DNA of 64,000 nucleotides from Ptychomitrium polyphyllum (Eukaryota): NCBI GenBank assembly GCA_973851085.1, contig OZ316775.1, positions 19,158,001 to 19,222,000 of the forward strand, read 5' to 3'. Shown piece by piece: positions 50,345 to 64,000 of this stretch (position 1 is its first letter; each line of letters starts with the position of its first letter). The notes under the pieces were generated by a model. It saw only the letters and a program-made list of their open reading frames with translations, ran no database searches and was not told where the DNA came from. The position numbers and the translations under genes were made by a program.

Positions 50345-53300
50345 GCGGATGAATAACTGTAAACTACTGTACTTTGTAAGGAAATCTGATAAGCAATTTA
50401 GGCTCGATCTCCGAGAATGGCAATTGCCATCTGATAACCTCTAGAGCACTTGGACATGAGTATAGTATAGATCCCTTGGACATGAGTAGTTAGAATTCAT
50501 TCGATCATCCCGAGGGTTTACTATATGCTGGAGGAGGAATGATGTTGAACGGATGATGCTGGAGTTTTGTAGTTGGGAAGCCGGTATCAGATTCATTTCA
50601 GCACTCTTTTACGACATTCTTAGATTACAGGTTTGAGCTTCTCTTGGTTGCTTGTGTATATGCAATAATATACGCTTGCAGGTTAGAAAATGTTCTGCAA
50701 AACATTTGTTCGTTTGTCATGCACGTAATTATATTGCTATGTTGCATCGTCTGCTTCTTATCTTATAGGTTTGACGATTCTTTCTGTTTAATAGAATCAT
50801 GTCCAGGAATTCTAACATTCTGACTTGGTACCTCACAGGTAAATGACTTTGTTATAGAATTGGAAAACTGATTTTTCGTGTCAATTTCATCAAGTAGCCG
50901 ATAGTACACGTCGATCTCTTTCAGAATTTGAGCGGGATCTCCGAGATTCCTCAAATTTGTAGAAACATTTTGTGCTTTCATATTTTTGGGGGTTTTTGTA
51001 GCCCCTCCATATTTGGAATTAATGCCTCATTTCACTCGCGGTTTATTTCTCCTGGAACCAGTTTCGCGAGGATTTAACATATAAACGATTGAAGTGTTTT
51101 TTGCGTGTTTCACCGTCACGTTGCTTTCTTGGAACTCCTCCAAAGCAGAGCACTCGAAGTTTAACGATTTTACATGCAATGCACCAAGAATTATCCCTTT
51201 ACTTTTAATTAAGATAGAAAATTAAGTAACAATACTTGCATGGCGTATGCCTTTAGCAAACGCATGAACTTATTATAATGCAAGTATTCTTCTCTAGCAG
51301 TAGGAGAATGTTACCACTTCACCCACTATTTCTTGTCATAAAAATTTCCTTATTCTGTGTAATTGAGCCGAAATGAAATTATGATGGAATGTCACCGGAG
51401 CCTGGTGTGTTCTTTCACATGGGCAATGCCTTCTACTCCTGGTCTTTTGTGTTGGGAGTATTCAGGACTCACTGCACACAATACAGGGTTGCATGACAAT
51501 AACTGCGTATTCCAGGCCACCCATGTGCCTTGCGCCATGTTGAGAGTGGGGAATTGAGCAGCATCGCCTACGACTGTGACACTGCCGATCACCAGTAATT
51601 CTAAGGCGGTGTTCAACAGCTGACGGATTCTGCCTTTGAACAATCTCACCGGGCGTGTATTATTGACGATGAACGGCGCGTGGGGGTTGACAGGAATGGT
51701 TTTGAGGCTTCTTCCAGAGCTCCTATGTTCATCAACTCGTGGTCAGTCAAACTGTGTACAACAGCATTCTTGTATTCAAAGCTTAGCTGAACTTTGTTTT
51801 CAAACTTGTGACTACTGGAAACAGTGGTAACCTCAGATTGCAACATGTTCGACAGGTTGTGCAATCTTAAGCCCTATCCAAGATGCTACGCAGAAGCTTA
51901 TACCATCGAACTCGATAACATACTGTGAAGCTCAGAGAAAAGGTGGACTTACTCAATTAGAACATCGATTAATTCCCATGCAGTAGCTGACATAATTATG
52001 AATCGTCCAGCTATAGAATACAGTGGAACTCTTAGGAATGTGCAATTGATTTCCAGAACTTACAAACCTAAGTAGAGTAAGTTGAGCTATCCTGAAGGTC
52101 AACTTCAGTGATGCCTGTTCCACTGCTAACTTGCTAATACGAGCCACATGTGAGTTGAGCTGAATTTGTCCTTTCTGACCGTAACTCCCCTGCAAGAACC
52201 TCGACAAGGACCTTCTTTTCTGGAACCCCCGAATCATGTGGCCTGTTGCAGAGAATGATTCACCTGCTTAATCTTCATAATTCTAGTGACGGCTTTAATG
52301 TTGTCCATGACATCATACTAAGTACAGTTTTCCAAGCTTGATCCGTGGCATTTCTAAATGCGGAGAAGTGCAGAAATATCTCATCAACTTCCCAAGAATA
52401 TGTGACACATAGCTTAATGACACAAATGATGATATAATAACACCCAACATACGGAATTCAATCTTGCAGTGATGTTCTTGTTGCGGAAATTTACAGCGAG
52501 ATATCAGTAAGAACAGATGCAAGTAGGAAACGGATAAAGGACACAAACAGGGTGACAAAATGGAATCAAATGTAAGACGCTTATTCCTCGTTTTTTTACC
52601 TTTATCTCGAATGCCTAACTTTGAGCCACTAACCGTGTTTGTTACGAAGTCAGCCTTACCACTTCACAATCAGCATACTCACTTTTGCCAAGCTTTCCCC
52701 TCCTCAGGGCCCCTTGCGAACTTTCCCTGCGCAAGACACAAGGAGAACGACTTGTTTTCCCCTCATAAGCTCCTTCAGTGAACTCTCTCAAAGAGGGGAA
52801 GACTTGTGCACTCACATTCAAAACATCCTTCTCTCTTCTCTCACACTGAAACTCATTTTAGGGAAAATCCGCACTTTCTCTATCATTTAGTTGGTCCATA
52901 TCATTTTTCAACAAGATGTAAGAATACGTGTATATACACAACCTTGTACCTCATTATCTACATTGTGGAATTTAAAATCATCTTGTTTCAAAGAAAATGG
53001 AATGGAAATAATTAGATTAAGAACAAGTTTAAATGAAACATGAAATCACTGAAGTTTTTGGATGTCTCAAATTACAGTTAAATAATAATTTGTTGTAGTA
53101 CTATAAAATGCTGAGTTCTCCCATTGTGAATCAATTCCAGACCTAGTGTAAAATCACTGCTTTCTTACGAGGAAACGACCCCTTATCTCTCCTGAGAACA
53201 ACCTCAAGGCGCCATGTGCTCATGGAAGCCACATTGAAAATAAGTACAAAAAAATACCAAGAATTCAACGCTCTTAAAAATGACACGTGGGAATTTTCAA

Positions 53301-54331
53301 TCTTATACTTGATGAAACATGAACAATGCACCGAAGCGCATGATTGAAATCAGCACTGCAATTGCAAATGGCAAAGGAGTCAATAACAGAAAGTAGCTTA
53401 TGCAAAAAGGCTTATGCCTCAAAACTAGTCCCCTTTTCCAAGAACATCGAGCACACTTCATACATAAGATGATGCAAGCAGCAAATTTGGGCCGCATGTA
53501 AGGAACCGAAGCACATATAGAATTACGGGTGCATCACAAGTGGACCCTCCAACGTCTAAAGATCATATTTCAATCATGGGCTTTGCACCTCCCAACATGT
53601 CATGTGATATGATTATTAGTTTTCACATGCTAAACTGAGCGATCCGGTATTCAAGCGTGTCACAATTCTGACGGCCAAAACCAGGGAGCTTGCGTAATAT
53701 TCTTAATATGCATTGTTGCAGAGAGCAATGGCAGTACCCACTTTCAGCTGACTGCTCCAGGTCTGCAGCCTTAATGGGGCAAAATTGTTTGTTGCAAATG
53801 ATATGTTCAGCTGTTGCTGAATCTCATCTACAGAACGCAAAGTCTTCAACACACTACAGTGCTTCTGGATGTATTTTGATGCAACGTACCTGTGGAAAGC
53901 AAGGCGCAAGCAAGCCCTTTAATACCGCCACCGACAACCACAACTTCCACGTTGAGGTTCAAACTATTTCTGTCGCCGAGTTGTCCGCTTCCATTACTGT
54001 GCATTCTTTGAATATAACTGAAGATATAACCCTAAAACAATAAAATCCAACCCTGTTTCTGTGAGACAGATGAGGAAAACTACGACATATAGAGAATCAA
54101 CAGATCGGTGCTCATCTCGACGGTTCAGAATCTCAAGGAATCCACTACTCATTTATTACCGTCGCAAGCCAACTCTGATGCCGTCGTCCCCGTGGGTCTT
54201 CCAAGTTGAATCTGCAATGGACTGCATGCGACGGGACCAACTCGTGATCGTGGTAATGCAACGACTTTTTGAGCTTCCGGCTTGCAGAACAGTACTAGTG
54301 CTACGATTCCAGGAGCGATCCAAACTCGCAA

Positions 54332-54500
54332 CAGGTTCAAAACAACTGCAGCAGGTTCAAAACAACTGCAGCAGATTCAAACAACTGCAACAGGTTCAAA
54401 ACAACTGCAGCAGATTGAAAACAACTGCAACAGGTTCAAAACAACTGCAGCAGGTTCAAAACAACTGCAACAGGTTCAAAATAACTGCAGCAGATTCAAA
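54332..54500. repeat. 20-bp minisatellite x8.5 (caggttcaaaacaactgcag/a)
   Basis: Read directly. One copy has a 1-bp deletion, and variants alternate. Confidence 0.97.
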
Positions 54501-55149
54501 GCGGCCACCATATTGAGTCTGCCAGTGGGCTCGTGAGTCAAAGCCTGCAGTTCATGTTTCTTGACATGTAGTCCTACGGGTATCAAACTTTCGGAAATCA
54601 TGAACTTGTAGGTGTGCAGTAATATTAGTGTGCATGTTATAAAGAGCGAAGAATCAACTGTACTCTCGACCTTGTTCAGATCCTTCTGTTGTTATGTTGT
54701 TGTCCGTTTGGATTACTCTACACCTGAGCTTGTAGGTTTTATCCGTTGTTTGTCTTTGGCATGTTAGGCGTCATGTTCTTTTCTTTTGTTCATGGTTGAT
54801 GCTCATTGACTTGCTTTGTAGTGTTTCAGCTTTGTATTTTTTTCGAGTTTGGAATTTTTATTTTGTTAAGTTTCATAGTGAATTTGTACTTAAACTAATG
54901 TTGTTATGTGTTTGTTCTGTTTGGTAATTTGACAAATTAGAAATTTACAACCTTTTGTAATTATAATAAAATGGCCATTTAATCTCTACCATGGCTAAGA
55001 AATGTAAAACTCTAATATGTATTTTGTTTAGGGCAAGGAAAAGTGTTGAAGAAACTAATGCAACGATTGTCTTTAGTGAGTTTATTTCATCTTCTTTTGT
55101 AAACTCCAAGAGTAACATAAAGATTGCAAAGGAAAAGTAAAAGGATTGT

Positions 55150-57150
55150 TGATATACAACTTTTGAATGGATTAAACTTAATATTAGACAAGATAAGGTA
55201 TTTTGTAAAATACTTAGAAAAAGAGAAGGTAGAAATGTGTTTGCTAATGTTAGTTTTACAAATGTATAGATCTTTGTCATTCATAATTATAATAAACAAT
55301 TAAAACATGGGAAACTAATATGAGTTGTTCAAATTGGTGACAAAGTCTTTGAGTACACTATAGCTATTAGTAACAAAACTTGTAACTTGTTATATTATAG
55401 CTATTTGAAGCAATATCTTATCTTAAAAGGAAGACTCTTTTCTCTATTAAGTTTCTTATTTTTTGGAATTTTTTTGACTATTAATGAAATTATATACAAA
55501 TATTTCACCACAATGAAAAAGCATGTGCAAAAACATATTGTTTCATATATCCAAAGTCATTCAAAAGAAAATTTTGGATCAAATAATGAATCCAATTTTT
55601 TGGTATTATGGCTATTGAACCAAAAAATATTTGTCATGAAGCATTTGAATGTATTTGCAAGTTTTATAGAAGAAATTACATTTAATAGAATATAACTAAT
55701 TTTGATTGGAGAGAAAATTTGAAATTATATATTGATAACAAAATCAAAATTTGAGTATGTACAAGTGAAAAAAAAAAAGTTTCAATTTTAGTTGTATTGT
55801 GTTTGTTTTTCCAAAATAAATAGTTATCTAAAATTAAAAAATTTAATTTTTTTTTTTAAAAAAAATAAAAAAAATAAAAAAAATAAAATATATGTTTATA
55901 CATTATAAATTTTATATTAATAAGTTCAGTCTATTAAAAATATATTTCTTTTTTTTTAATTCAAATTGAAGAAAATAAAAAGGATGTTCTAAAATTTAAC
56001 AAAGCTTCATTGATATTATTTAAGAAGTAGAATCCAAATTTGTTAATTTGTAGGATTCATATTGAATGCTCCACTTACTATAATTAGAAGGTGAATTTGC
56101 AATTAGATTAAAATAAAATGTCAATCCATTTTTTATTGCGATTTAATGCATTGCCTAAAAGACAAATATAATAGTTCTTGCAATTACAAATATTAAATTT
56201 TACAATTCCATTTTTAATCAAATAGATTTACCTTTAAATATATTAGCTATATATTTTTGTAAGTCTTTAAAGAAAAAATTCTCTTTACAAAAACTTTTTA
56301 AAGAATTATATGACTAAAAAAATATTTGGACAAGATTCATTATATTTTACTTGTTGTGCCATTGGCAAGCTATTATAAATTTATATTATAGGTTAAAAAG
56401 TATTTTAACTTATTTTAAAGATGTTTTTAGTAAAAAATAAATTAATAGGGATGTTTTTGTAATGTATGAGAGTTGAGAAGTTTCAAAATGATTTTTTGTT
56501 TTTATTCTTTTATTGGATATTCTTAAATATTATTTCTTATTCTTAAGGATTTTTTTAATTGAATTTGTGAACATTAGTATTATTATATTTGTATTAAGAC
56601 AAAAATAACTAAAATCAACCTAATGTTTATTGATAAGATTGACTATTTAAATAAGAAAATCCAAATTTTTTGGAATTGATATAATAAAGAATAGAACGGG
56701 AATGGATTTATAAAAAACTTTAGTTTTTTCAAAAAAAATTAAATAAACTTCTATGTTATGATCAATAATATTATTAGTGCATTTAAAATTCTTAATTCTT
56801 CCATTGTGTCTTCTAAATGTGTATGGATTTGGAAGTCGTTTATAAATAATATGGTGTATAGAAGAAACTCAATGAAAGAAAATTGCCTCTTTTTATGAAT
56901 TTTATAGAAATAAAGCAAGAAGTTTTTTCAAAGTGCAATTTATAAGAGATAGGATAATAAAGACTTATAAAAAACTTCATAATATGGTGATTTGGAACTC
57001 TTTTTTCAAATTGATGTATAATGAATCTATATAGAGTAGCTTTAGAGGCAATGCTAATGAGTTTGAGTATTTTTAAGGGCCTTAAATTTTGATTATTTAG
57101 ATGAATAGACTTTTTAAAATTTGCAACATCCAACTCTTATTCAATATAAT
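55150..57150 (+). mobile_element. Fossil hAT transposase (ZNF862/DUF4371-like)
   Basis: Ordered degenerate motifs on +: TTF-type Zn finger FEWIKLNIRQDKVFCKIL...NVFANV (~55160-55310); LFEAISYL (~55400); HNEKAC...ISKVIQKKILDQI...FFGIM...KIFVMKHLNVFASFIEE (55508-55675); RLK*NVNPFFIAI*CIA*KTN (CxxH region, ~56105-56170); and CHWQAI (~56355-56375). Many stops and frameshifts. Confidence 0.75.
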
Positions 57151-59699
57151 AGAGTTTATTTCACATTTATTCTAAGTTTTATAAACTTGTGAGCCTTTAA
57201 AAATACATGTTTTCTTAAAGTACCTAAGGAAATTAACTAATCGAAGTTAAATTCTGTATAAGGAGATTAAACGAGAAAACTAGGAAAAGAAACAAAACAT
57301 CAGAAAATAAAGTTCTGAAATTGACAGCTGCAATCAAACAGACTTCCGCAGCAGCCGATTGGTTAAGGGCACTAACCAATTGGGCTTCCAAATAGGCAGC
57401 ACACGACTGTTTCATCTCAAAATTCTCCCCAGTGACTGGACCAGACACGCAGTAAGTACGATGTCTACATGTAATTAAGCCTTGATTACCTGTTGCCTGG
57501 CTTGCCAAGAAAAAATAGCCAGTACAGCCGGCCTGACCACAGAAACCTGCATAAGCTCTGCACTTAGAATCATTCTGCGGGTTGTATTTTTGAAATCAGG
57601 CGTGCACTGTGCACTGCGCAGGTGGTTCCGATAGGAGCACTTCATCGGTTGATCGAGCGGCTGCAGCAACCAATCAGCTTTTGGTATCTTATTGGCAAGC
57701 GGATAAGAAATTATATGGAAGTTTGCAACGTCGTTTGCCACCATGGTAGCAAGCTGGAAGCCAGGGAAAAACTGGACTTACTTACTTCAGTCTTACTGTT
57801 AGAGTTTACAGATCTGCAATCTTCAGGCCACACCTTGCCGCGCACAATCTGCATTAAAATCATCACGAGTCTCCTAAACCTAAGTGCATAACCATAAGAC
57901 ATGCTAGTTAACAATCAGTGCAATGGCGGTAACTAGAACTGTAGGAGGATACTCGTAACCGTAGCTGGACCGTTACCATGATAAGGTAGGGACAGGAGCA
58001 TTCTCCAGCATTGGAACAACTAAGGTCGTACATGCACTCTCCATTTCTCATAATGCATTGATCCACTGCAGGTCTTCTTAAGTCCTACTGAGCCTTACAC
58101 TACCTTTAAGTCACAATCTGAGATTATTGTAGTAGAGCATGAAATCACACTTGACAGAAGCTAAGGTACAGAAGCTACTTGAATAGTCACTCACTAATAT
58201 AGACAGAAGCTACGGAGAACACGGCAGGATAAACATTGCTTGCAACACGACGAAAGCAGACAAATGAGAGACAAAACATGATACACTTTTAAGAATGCTG
58301 ATCGATTTTAGCATAATCACACATCTCAGTGTCTGTAGGGTAAGGTCACATATCTATAATTCTATCGTGGTAATCGCTCCCCCCGGCCCTCTGAAGGTAC
58401 TATATCCTGCGTCTAACCTGGCGAAGGATGTGTCAAAGACTGTATCGCCAGGACAGGACAAAAGTGTGTCGAGCTTAAAATCTTAAAAGTCCTGGACTCG
58501 CTCTCACTATCTCGCCTAGCTACTGTTTGAGCATTGATGCTGTGCAATAGTACGTCGCAGATGTGGATAATGAGCATCAAAACTGATTTAAAGATTTATC
58601 TACTGATAATGTTAGAACTAGATTCTGATTTGCAGAGAATCTAAAGTACATTTTTCAAGCTAGAAATCGAAGAGGAAAAGCCTTTTAAACTATTCGCTCC
58701 CTAAAAATTAAAATTTCGGTAGCTAGTTGGGCATGCGGCCCACACTGCATAATAAGTCACTGCATCATGCAAGAGGGAACAATGGTCAGAGTCTAGCCCC
58801 GAACCATGGAGGCCATCTACCGACGAAAGCTCATGAGCTGCCGCACTAAACTCCGCAACAGCTTTGCTGGTCACACAACACAAGCAAACTTTCAAGATCA
58901 ATTGCAATTAATTTCAAATCAATGGCAATTGAAGGAAGGTTGACCATGAATAAACTTCAGGTTTTAACACTCTTATCTGCATAAACATTGATTAACTCTC
59001 CCTTATTCCGTGAACTCTGCTGGCATCCGCTTCACTTTCAGCTTCTCCGCCGTAGGGAGCGCGAACAAGTGCCGGCTCTGCGCCCTCGCTTCTTCCACAC
59101 TGCATCAGCACTCCATAGTTGATAGCTTGAAAACCTCCGTATTTCCGGTACGCTTGAAAACCAGATCGGTTCTCCGATCTGGTCCACAACACGCTCTCTT
59201 CCCTCCACCACATCGATCACCGGAAAGCATTCTCCATCGATGCCCATCTCGATCTATCGAGATAGCCATTGCGGGGTCATCTTTAAGGCTTCCGTGCTCA
59301 GACTCCTTCATTACATCGATATTTTCGATTGATACTTCGGTGATGCCTTTGTGATACTCGTGTAATACTGGTGCTATACCTTGATTCGACGCAAACCACA
59401 ATGTCCACTAGACAAAATTAAGGGTTGAATACCTGATACAGTCAGTGTACCCAGAACCAACATCATCTAAACAATGCACATGTTTCACCTCGTAAAGTCT
59501 CCATCATACGTAGATAATGTCGATTTCAGATTCTACGACAAATCGACATATCAGCACCGTACACAAATCGGATAATATTTACGTAAACGATAGAATTTAT
59601 GAGGACAAAGGTATGTCATTCCCGGATATTGCGCTTTACCTTCCTCACTAGCTCTTGTACATGATCAATTTCTTAATTACAAAAACCTTGCCAATGGTA

Positions 59700-61450
59700 C
59701 AGAATTAAAATAAAATATAACAAAAATTTAATTTAAATTCAAGTAATTTAATTATAATATACTATTAAACGTTATTATTAACAAATCCAAAAAAATTAAA
59801 CATTTTACTCATCACATAGAGGCCATTTATCTATAGGCAACATGATATTCTTAAAATATTAAGGACTTGGTATAAAGTTAAAGTGTAGACTTATAATTTT
59901 ACTTCACTTCAAATTTCAAAAAATTCAAAAATTCAATTATAAATACTTATCAAGCCACAACCTTCAAAAATTTTAATCTTGTTTAAATTATTTGATTCTT
60001 TTAAAAATAACTTAAGTACTTCAAAAATAACAAATGATATGTATTAGTATATTAATTTTCATTTAATTGTAATAAGCACATTTAGTTTTTTTTATTAAAA
60101 ACAAAAATGTAACCTAAATTATTTCATACTAAGATTTTATCTCCTTACAAATATAAAATTATAATTATAAAAATTAGAAAATTCTATTATCTTTTCAAAG
60201 CATATGTTATCATTTCAAAATTGTACCATATATAAAAAGCACTACATGTTTTTAAATAAGTCAATTTTCTATGCCAAAATTACAACTTTAAAAGCTAATG
60301 CTCATGCCCAAGCCAAAAATTGACTTCCATATTCATGTTGGAAGTTGACATTAATATTAAAAGAAGAAACTCACATTGATATTTAAAAAATAAATAAGAT
60401 CAACAAATATAGAAATATTAAAAAGAGATTTTTTCAAATTGAGCTTCAATAAATGACATTTAAAAAATAAGTTTGCATAATGTATGCCCAATGACTTGTT
60501 GTAACATAAATTAAAGATGATAAAGTAACATAATTTATACTTCTTATGCTATGTCATTATGGAAATTAAAGTGTTTGTATTTATTTATACTTATTTCAAT
60601 AGTTATATTACTGAAATTTCTAAAAGTGTGCATATTGATGATTTAAACTATAGAATTAAGATTGTAGTCACCAAATTTAAGGGCATGAATTTCATTTTTT
60701 AAAGTAGTTGTATATTATATTTTAAATTTGGATTTATTTAAATATATTTTTAGCAATTTCTACATATAAAGAAATCTGATAATAATTGTATGTATGCAAG
60801 ACCAAGTTTCATGCATTTTAGTTTGTTACAAATCTTATATATTATTTCAGTTATATATCATTTTTAATATTAAAATTTCATATTAGTAAAACTAACATTC
60901 TCATTATACTATATATAAAATTTTGAACAACAATTCATTAGTTTTTTTATGGAGTTGTAATTTTTATAACTTAGTATTAATGCAAGCTTAGGTTAAACAT
61001 TTGAATTAAAAATCTCAAAAGTCAAATTTCATAATTTTAATAATGTTCGCTCCTTCTATTATATAGAAATCTTGATTTTAATACGTGCTTTTTACATAAT
61101 GTATAATGTATATTTTAGAAAGAAATTAATTTTTTAAAGTTTTAATACTATAGTATTGATAATTCAATAGTAAACCTCCAAAATGATCATAGTTCCATTT
61201 TATGATTGAACATATTACATACTTTTGTAACCTACATGCAATAAAAAAAAACATTATTTCAGAAAATGTAAATGTAATAGAACGTTTATATACTAAACTA
61301 TAGATCCACCTAATATATTTGAAATCTTATAAAAATTTGATAATGGTAGAAACTATTGTTTATTGTTTATTGATAGCCAAAACATCCACTTAATTAGCAT
61401 TAGTGCCTTATACAATAAGTTAATACACATCACAACACTCTTCAAATGAG
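59700..61450. mobile_element. AT-rich block, probably decayed TE; family not recognised
   Basis: Composition matches the identified hAT fossils. No motif was recovered. Confidence 0.3.
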
Positions 61451-63004
61451 CCTAATAGGTTCTGAGCCTATACCAAAATTGATCCACGTGGAATCAGCTT
61501 TACTTCAGAACATACTGAATATAGAGTATTCTTGTGCACTTTTAATGCAGAAAAACGAACTCCTTTTAGCTTGTCCAGGTTACCTAAGGACTCTGCAATA
61601 CTGATTGGAGTTCGAAGGAAATGCATAAGTGGAAGAGAAAGATTCTAGGCATTGGCACACTTGGATGGAAAGAAAGGCCATATGGAGGCTGTTTGTGTTT
61701 AAGAGAAGTGTTGGAAGGAAATGATATGCATACTGTACAATACTGTAGCATGAAATGTATTTTTAGGTTTTTGTTTGTCCTGTATGGACCTAGATGGCTA
61801 TTTTTTTGGTAATGTATTGTTTCACTGTTGAGAAGCTTCATTTTGATGTCCGGCTTTGGTCGAAGGACATCTGCTGCACAAGAAAGTCCTGTGTTCAGTT
61901 TCATCCAGTTTGCTATGAACCGCGTGATCGTCGGAATCGAAATTCAGTAGAAAGTCCAGGGAAAATCTTTTGCTTTTGCAAGATACGTCGTTGGATGGCC
62001 TGCGTTTTGTAGAACTACGTCCACGTTATATTTTCTTTTAGGAAAAATAGTGTTTCTGAATGAACGATTCAAAGCAGGGACAGGTGCAGACGTAAGGCTG
62101 GTTTTTCAGCAGCTTCATTGTTAAATGCTTGTCATGGTCGTCCAGCCTCGAAATACCATTTTAAGTAAGTGTACACCCCAGTGTTAGCTTCCTAATTACA
62201 GGGTAGTTTCTAATTTAAGGACCCTACCAGTGCACAATTGCGACATGAGCGGAAGTAGGTCCAGAAAAACTGGTCTTCACAGAATATTATCTCGCTGTAG
62301 AAAGGAACTGCAGTTCTAGGTCTCCTTAGAAGGGAGCCCTGTGTTCCAGTTTGAAGCGCGTTGGAGGCTTCGAAAGTGGGAAAAGCCGTCGATTGGACAG
62401 AGAAGCACAAAGACGAAGCCCGCCGCATACCCGCGCGAGGATTAAGTCGCGATTGATACTAGGGCGGGTATTGCCAGTGCCCGCCGGGGGAGGGAGGAAT
62501 AAGGTAGGGAGAGAGACGGCCAGGGGGCAGCGGGAGAGGAGGGAGGGAATGGGGGGAAGCACAGAACTCGTCAGTCAGAGGCAAAGGAAAGGAAAGGCAA
62601 GGGAAAGGGAAACTAGGCGTTGCTGTGGCGCCGAAAGAGAAAGCAGGAACTTGGACGACGGGGAAGGGGGAGCGGGAGGGGGAGGGGGGAGCCAGGCTTG
62701 CTGGCTGAGGCTGGCGCCCCAGGCACCCCGCACTCCAACCGAAACGGAAGCTAAGCTCAGCTCTCTTGGAACTTGGCTGCCTCAGCTTTACTGGAGGCAG
62801 GGGAGCTCAGGACGAACTTGACTCCCAAACCAAGCAGCTGCTGAGGCTCGCCACACCACAGGCTGCCATAGCCAGAAGGAGCCTCGCGGTTGCAGCAGCA
62901 CCACCAAGTGGGAATGGGCCCTGCCCTCGCCCCCCCGTGCCCGCCTTACTCTCCCGCCGCTGTGCCTCCCCGGCACTGCTGCAGCATCGCCATCGCCAGC
63001 CGTG

Positions 63005-63250
63005 GCCACCCCACCACCATCATCACCACCACCACCACCACCATCCCCAGGCTTCTTTTCGTCAAGGTCCTGGCCTCCCCTTCCACTCCCACTCCCTTAC
63101 CTAACTCAACCTTCAACCCTAACTGCACTTCCCCCGGCTAGCTACCACCAGACCTCTCCTCTCTCTCTCTCTCTCTCTATCAGACATACAACTCTCTCAC
63201 GCCTCTCCTCTCCTTTTTCACGTCTTTCCTTCCCTCGCTGTTGCTCCCTT
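63005..63250 (+). promoter_or_regulatory. (CAC/CAT)n and (CT)n pyrimidine-rich tract typical of a plant TSS/5'UTR
   Basis: caccaccaccatcatcaccacc... and ctctctctct runs lie upstream of the ATG at 63524. Confidence 0.55.
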
Positions 63251-63523
63251 GTGCGCCTAGGGTTTGCTAGCGTGCCACTTTCTTAGCCACGGCGTTTCAT
63301 CGTCTTGGTTGTCACGCTGGAGTTTTTTGTTTCTCTGTTGAGATCGTCGTTGTGCCGTTTCTCTTTGTGATGGTATTTTTAGTAGTAGTGTGAGGAGGGG
63401 GTTGTTGAGGTTGTTGTGGTTTTGGTAGTTTGGTGTTGTGTTTGGTTGGAGGGTGTGGTTTTGTCGAGGGATTGTGAGGGGGGTTTGAGGGTTAGCGAGA
63501 GGTGGTGTTGTTAGAGAGTATTG

Positions 63524-64000
63524 ATGGAGGGGGTTGAGGTGGTGGAGAGAGAGGAGCACAGCAAGGGCGTGCGGAGGCCACGTTCGGATGCGGCGCGTAG
63601 GCCGCGGTCGCAGGCGGGCCTTGTGACTGCTGCACCTTCGGCGGATGGTCACCCTGGTTCTCACGCTTCGTATGACTCTTACAGGGAGCCACCGCGGAGT
63701 GAGCATCCCGGCGCGGGGCGTGATCGGAGTGCGGAGCGGAGGCCGGGAGAGAGATACGTGGACGTAAGGAGACTTTGTCTTTGTTGATTTTATAGAGAAG
63801 TGAGTTTGTTGTGACTGTGTGGCTCGGATGGGCTTTCACACACTTTCGGGGTTAATGTATTTGCAATGCAGAGAATTGGCTTTGGTTGTTGGTATTTCTC
63901 GACGTGCTGGCGATGGGGTATGCGTATTGATTTTTTAAGGATTTTTGTTGTGAATGTTTTGTGGCAGGTGATGGATTTGGGAGGGGTTCGTACCGACATT
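63524..64000 (+). CDS. 5' end of an unidentified gene running off the window
   Basis: Exon 63524-63763 (MEGVEVVERE...GERYVD|gtaagg) joins in phase 0 to gtggcag|VMDLGGVRTDI at 63968. The product is low-complexity and has no recognisable domain. Confidence 0.6.

Noticed and set aside
54332..54500. CRISPR-like appearance and QQVQNNC/KTTAAGS ORFs
   Set aside because: The repeats are head-to-tail with no unique spacers, the context is eukaryotic with no cas genes, and the 20-bp period is not a codon multiple.
57475..59401. Short ORFs around 57.5-59.4 kb
   Set aside because: I could not build a consistent exon chain or find a recognisable domain.
62351..63286. Poly-His, poly-Pro and poly-Thr ORFs
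   Set aside because: They are readings of GC-rich promoter/5'UTR microsatellites upstream of the ATG at 63524.

Overview
Eukaryotic land-plant nuclear DNA, most likely a moss or other bryophyte (inferred from gene content, GT-AG introns, GC-rich 5' ends and AT-rich spacers). Intact genes that I could splice by hand: a DnaJ/DNAJ-X co-chaperone (+), an At1g76660-like Pro/Ser-rich protein with a GSKx repeat and coiled-coil tail (-), a divergent deoxynucleoside kinase (-), an uncharacterised ~7-TM protein (+), an intronless secreted hevein(CBM18)-GH17 beta-1,3-glucanase fusion (-), a plastid-targeted DUF3445/heme-dependent oxidative N-demethylase-like protein (-), an XTH (+) and the start of an unknown gene at the right edge (+). 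The spacers hold decayed sequence: a UGT pseudogene, a frameshifted serine beta-lactamase-like relic, two possible Gnk2/DUF26 relics, other spliced relics, hAT (ZNF862-like) transposase fossils in the very AT-rich blocks, and several minisatellites. The most notable items are the chitin-binding GH17 fusion, the plastid HODM-like enzyme with a CPF motif, and the beta-lactamase relic. All family assignments come from motif recognition by eye; no database searches were run.
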